Shown one piece after another: positions 58,982-64,000 of a DNA stretch of 64,000 nucleotides. Below the pieces are notes generated by a model that was not told the origin of the DNA, made no database searches, and saw only the letters and a program-made list of their open reading frames with translations. The stretch spans positions 5,518,001 through 5,582,000 of the forward strand of contig OX638155.1 of the NCBI GenBank assembly GCA_951804945.1, read 5' to 3'. The DNA comes from Podarcis cretensis (lineage: Eukaryota). Position numbers and translations under genes: made by a program. Position 1 is the stretch's first letter, and every line of letters starts with the position of its first letter.

Positions 58982-61402
58982 ATGGACAACAGGCACAAAG
59001 AGAAAAATGGGTCGGTAAAAAGGCAAGTACCACTCCTCTTGTTATTGTCCTTGTTGTGCCAGACTGCCTCAGAGCACGTTCAGTATTCTATCGCTGAGGA
59101 AATGGGAAAAGGCTCCATTGTAGGAAATCTTGCCAAAGATTTGGAGCTGAATGCTGGAGAAATAGCAAATCGCAATCTGCATATCCTTTCCCTAGGTAAA
59201 AAGCAATATTTCTCTCTCAGTGCAGAAAATGGGAATCTATATGTAAATGACAGGATAGACAGAGAAGGAATATGTGGGAGCAATGCATATTGCCTCATTA
59301 GTTTTGAAGTGATGGTTGAAAATCCTATGAATATTTTTCATGTTACTGTACAGATCCAGGATATCAATGATAATGCACCACATTTTGTGAATGAGAATAT
59401 CAAACTAGAGACAAGTGAACTCACTTTGCCAGGAGCCCGATTTGTGCTTGGGTTTGCTGAAGATCCAGATGTTGGAATAAATTCTCTCCAGAATTACCAC
59501 CTTATGCCCAATCAGTATTTCATAGTAGAAGCTAGAGAGAGAGAAGATGGGAAGAAATATGCAGAATTAGTACTGAATAAACAGTTGGATCGAGAAAGTG
59601 AAAGCAGTTTCCATTTAATTCTTATGGCTCTGGATGGAGGGAAGCCTGCCAAAACTGGTACAGCCAAAATATGGATCAGTGTCATTGATGTAAATGATAA
59701 TTCACCAATCTTCACACAAGAAGTGTACAAGGTCTGTCTTAAAGAGAATACCCCAAAAGGATCTTCAGTAATACAAGTGAAAGCCACAGATAGAGATGAA
59801 GGCTCAAATGGTCATATCACGTATAGTTTTAGCAACATCCCTGAAAACACTCACAAAAAATTCTTCCTAAATCCCCAGAATGGGACAATTACAGTTAAGG
59901 AGTTGTTGGACTACGAAGAAGCAGAGAAATATGCAATGACAGTAGAAGCAAGAGACGGAGGTGGATTAGTGACTCATTGCAGTGTTGAAATAAAGCTATT
60001 AGATGAGAATGACAATGCGCCAGAAGTGATCCTGGCTTCCTTATCCAGCCCAATTCCTGAAGATTCTGCAATAGGAACCCTGGTAGCCCTTATCAATGTA
60101 AACGATAAAGATTCTGGAGACAATGGGAACATTACTTGTCATTTACAAAGTCAATGGCAATTTAGAATAATTGCTACATCCAATAACTTCTATAAGTTGG
60201 TTACAGATGCCCCCTTGGACAGAGAAAGCACTCCAGAATACAATATCACAATTATAGCCACAGACAAAGGTGCACCACCTCTTTCCACCCACAGAACCAT
60301 CTCCCTGCAGATTTCAGATATCAATGATAACCCCCCAGCTTTTGAAAAATCTTCCTATGTCACCTATTTGTCAGAGAACAATCCAGCTGGAACTTCCATT
60401 TTCCGTGTAAAGGCTACAGATGCAGATCTAGAGTACAACTCACAAATCACTTATTCTCTGCTCAATAGTAATATGGAGAACCTGCCTCTGTCCTCTTATA
60501 TCTCCATTAACTCAGAAAATGGCATGATCTATGCCCAACGCTCCTTTGACTATGAGCAAATCAGGGAATTTCAGTTCCAAGTGAAAGCACAAGATGGTGG
60601 CTCCCCACCACTCAGCAGAAACACCACAGTGAAAGTGTTCATTGTGGATCAGAATGATAACAATCCTCAAATCCTCTATCCTTCACAGGAAGTCAAGGGT
60701 TCATCATTGTTTGAGATGGTGCCTCGCTCAGCAGAAGAAGATTATCTGGTGACCAAGGTAGTGGCAGTAGATGCTGATTCTGGACATAACGCCTGGCTCT
60801 CTTACCACCTGCTTCAGGCTACAGAGCCAGCATTGTTCAGAATTGGGTCCCACACTGGGGAGATCAGGACCTCACGGGCTTTTCTGGAAAGAGATGCTGT
60901 GAAGCAGAAGCTCATCATCTTAGTCAAGGATAATGGGCAGCCACCACTGTCCGCTACTGTGAGTCTCAACCTGGTGTTTGCTGAGAACTTCCAAGAAGCG
61001 CTCCCAGAAGTGAGCAGTGAAAGTATTGATTCACATAATCAATCTGACCTACAGTTTTATTTAGTATTGACTTTAGCTGTGATTTCATTCTTATTTCTCC
61101 TTACGGTGATTCTGGCAGTTGTTACGAAGCTTCGCACATCAAGCAGTCCTCAGTTCCTTCAGTGTTTTGGTCCTAGTCCTTTTTCAAAGTCTGGTACCGT
61201 ATTCCCACCGAATTTTGAAGAAGGGACTTTGCCCTACACCTACCAGCTCTGTCTATCCTCAGAGACCAGGAAAAATGAGTTTGCATTCCTGACACCTAAC
61301 GTTCAGATTGCAGACAATGTTATCTGTGATGACAAAACTGCTCCACCTTCTACAGGCAGCAGAGAAAACCATTTTAATTCTGAGATGGATAATACAAACA
61401 TG
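58982..61402 (+). CDS. PCDHGB: Protocadherin gamma B-like variable exon V11 (divergent subfamily Y, 807 codons to donor)
   Basis: ATG at 58982 (MDNRHK) aligns with paralog starts; an in-frame upstream ATG lies at 58943. Six EC repeats plus TM. Donor ATG|GTGAGT at 61402/61403. Confidence 0.92.
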
Positions 61403-63039
61403 GTGAGTTTTCGTTCTAGATATTATTCACATTATCTCCTGCACTACTTTTAAACTGTGTCTATATATGAAGAACTATATTGTAGATAGTGGATGTATCT
61501 TCCAATAGATTCATAATGATGTACAGTCTGAGGAAAAGAGATATAATTTCTTGCTAAATAGTCCTTGTTTTTCTAGTTACTTCAAATTTAATGAAGCAAT
61601 CATTTTATCTATATTAATTCTGACTAATCCTACTGTAGTTCTAGACGTGCTCTGCAGTTACTTATTTACAGATCTACATATTGCCATCTATATGGATACT
61701 TAATAAGGCGGATAAATGTGCATATATGTCACAGTCTGGAAGTGACGGGAGTGGAGAAGGAGGAAGGAAGAGGAAGCAATAAATAATTTTGGATCACACC
61801 CACTTAGTTCACATCTTATGATATCATTTCATAGCACCCCTGTGTGCAATGAAAATTGGGGTGCTTTACAATGTCTGCTATTTGATACTACAATATTCTT
61901 TCACCTTTAATTGCAGTGAATGCTAGAGGAATTATTTATACACCTAATAGTCAGAAAATTAGCAATCTCTTCAGTTTTAATTTGTCCTTATAGCTTGTCA
62001 CTACCTGCTCAAATTCTCAATCCTCAACTTAGAATTGAAACAATCAACACCCTTCTGTGATGTTGGGCTGTGCTCTTAAAGATTTTGGATAGAGGAATCT
62101 AATATTTGAAGATTCCACACATTAACCAAATAACTTCCTACCCAAACAAAATGATCAGGTGAGGAAAGAGGCAAAAACTAACTTAGCACTGACAAGCTAG
62201 GATGGTTCAGATCCAGTTATCTCTGTGTGGATACTTTGTTTCTGGATGAGGGTGGATGCATATTCCAAACATTCTGCAAAGCTTTTTTGCTATAACTTAT
62301 TTCAGAGATAGGGTGGGGGTAATTTTCTCCATATTTTTTAATCATTTTGGTCACTCATTTCAAATCATTTGCTATAACTCTACACTTTTATGATTCTTTA
62401 AAAAAGAAAAGAAAAAAAGAATTAGTTTTCAAACCAGTTTAGAAAGAAAGAGATTATAAAGATTTGAGAGAAGCAGAGAATTTGAGAATACCTGATGTAG
62501 TTTTAGGTGACAAAATCAGAATTGGATAATACAATTCATGTAATACTTAGCATCACAACACAGTATAAGATAAAATGTTTTTTTCCCCCTAAGCACTTGA
62601 CAGAATCACATTCCTACAGACATGCTTGATGCCACATGAAGCTCCTAGAAATGCAGTGCTTATAGAAAGAAAGTTCTTGTGGTGTAGCTGTTTGACTGTT
62701 GAACTAGGGGCCCCTTGAGAAGTCGTCTTGATTTGCTTGCACAAAGCTTACTGGGAGGTTAGACTATATCTTTCTTGCATGCTTGTTCTGATTTGTTTGC
62801 AGGGAGGTTCTGTGACAATGAGCATGGATCCTGATTTGTTTCTGCAGCATTTATACATCTTCCCATGAGTCATTCATTCACCTCACTCTTTCTAGTGCAT
62901 TTCCCTAGCACTTGCCTAACCACAAAAAGTCCCATTTTTTACAAACAGATTTGTTGTGCAATGGCAGCAGAGCACTTCAGTACAGTTTAATTGTTTGCTT
63001 GAATCCCTCCAACAAAATTCTAAAAGTTTGGAGATGAAA

Positions 63040-63210
63040 GGATTGGGGAGAGACAGGTTAAAATCCTCACTCAGCCATGAAGCTCACTGGGTGAACTTGA
63101 GCCTATCACTGACCTATCAACCTAACCAACATCATTTCTATTGTGAAGAGAAAAGAGGGGTGGGGGCCATGTGAGCTCATTGGAGGAAAGGCAAAATATA
63201 ACTATAATAC
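63040..63210 (+). mobile_element. Old MIR/CORE-like SINE fragment
   Basis: caggttaaaatcctcactcagccatgaagctcactgggtgaacttgagcctatcact...cctaacc..ttgtgaaga: B-box remnant and CORE-like body. Confidence 0.55.
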
Positions 63211-63349
63211 AAAAAAATATTAGGAGTCCTTTAAAATCCATTTTTGTATTTATTTGTAGTGCTCTGCCCTGTTTGAGACTGCATGTAAACATTTCAATCA
63301 GAAAAACACTATTGTTTAAAATAGGATTCAGCAATTCTTAGGCTTCAGG

Positions 63350-63351
<2 letters not shown>

Positions 63352-63414
<63 letters not shown>
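63352..63414. repeat. (TC)n(TG)n compound microsatellite
   Basis: Directly visible. Confidence 0.95.
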
Positions 63415-63416
<2 letters not shown>

Positions 63417-64000
63417 CTACACATACACACACTCCTATGCTTGAACGCAGTGGATCTTCTGAGAGATAAACTACTTGTTACATAGGAGCTCTGCATTTGG
63501 TGATCCTGTTATAATTTTCTTCTTTGTAGAAGGAGTCGTGAAGGTTTTCTAATTTTGATCAGGGCCACAACATGAGAATGGGCAGGTCTAATGTTTTTCT
63601 CTGTGCCATAACCTCAGTGCAGATCACCCAAAGCAACGTGTTGGGGGGAAATGAGGCCCAATTAGGTACCCCCTGCATCACGGCACTGATCCAAGTCACC
63701 GGGTCCACACATGCTATTTTAATGTACCATGTATTTGGCCTTGAGTAAATGTGCATATGAATGTGTATGTTATGGGCACAACCCTTCCTGTTACCTTATC
63801 CTTATATTTCTTGAGATAAAGTTGCTCTGAGCAAATTTGGGGGCATGGGTGGGATAAACATTTTAAAAATAAATATTTTGGAAACATATTTTATCATTAT
63901 TTTATTCCCATAATTTAAGAGTTATCTATTTTTATAAGAGAGTTGGTTTAACTTCTAGATAGCACAGAAAAGATTTATGATCACATGCGTGCATGCATAT

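Noticed and set aside
61403-64000. Possible constant exons, C-type exon or a further CSE
   Set aside because: No QAPPNTDW-like constant-region coding sequence and no CSE motif seen; the cluster continues beyond the window.

Overview
Eukaryotic (vertebrate) genomic DNA covering 64 kb of the variable region of a clustered protocadherin-gamma (PCDHG) locus. The repeat content (Sauria SINEs, Bov-B, CR1-tailed tRNA SINEs) points to a squamate, most likely a lacertid lizard; this is inferred, not database-checked. There are 11 tandem + strand variable exons of about 2.4 kb, each encoding signal peptide, EC1-EC6, TM and a variable cytoplasmic segment, and ending at a phase-0 GT donor. The constant exons lie outside the window. 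Two exons are gammaA-like (V1, V3) and nine are gammaB-like (V2, V4-V11). V4-V11 alternate strictly between two subfamilies (X: V4/6/8/10; Y: V5/7/9/11) with an 11-12 kb period. Each exon has its own 41-42 bp CSE/CTCF promoter element about 170-280 bp upstream of the ATG. V4 is frameshifted by an extra GA in EC6. Introns contain SINE/LINE/MITE relics and microsatellites. I found no wholly new gene system. The most notable observations are: patchwork gene conversion reaching into the specificity-determining EC1-EC4 domains; loss of the CSE CpG in 6 of 11 promoters; a 114-bp-arm fold-back hairpin that arose in place upstream of V7; two SINEs with different tRNA heads on one CR1 tail; and a decayed hammerhead-like motif in a Penelope-like fragment. 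V1-V11 and X/Y are my own window-local labels.
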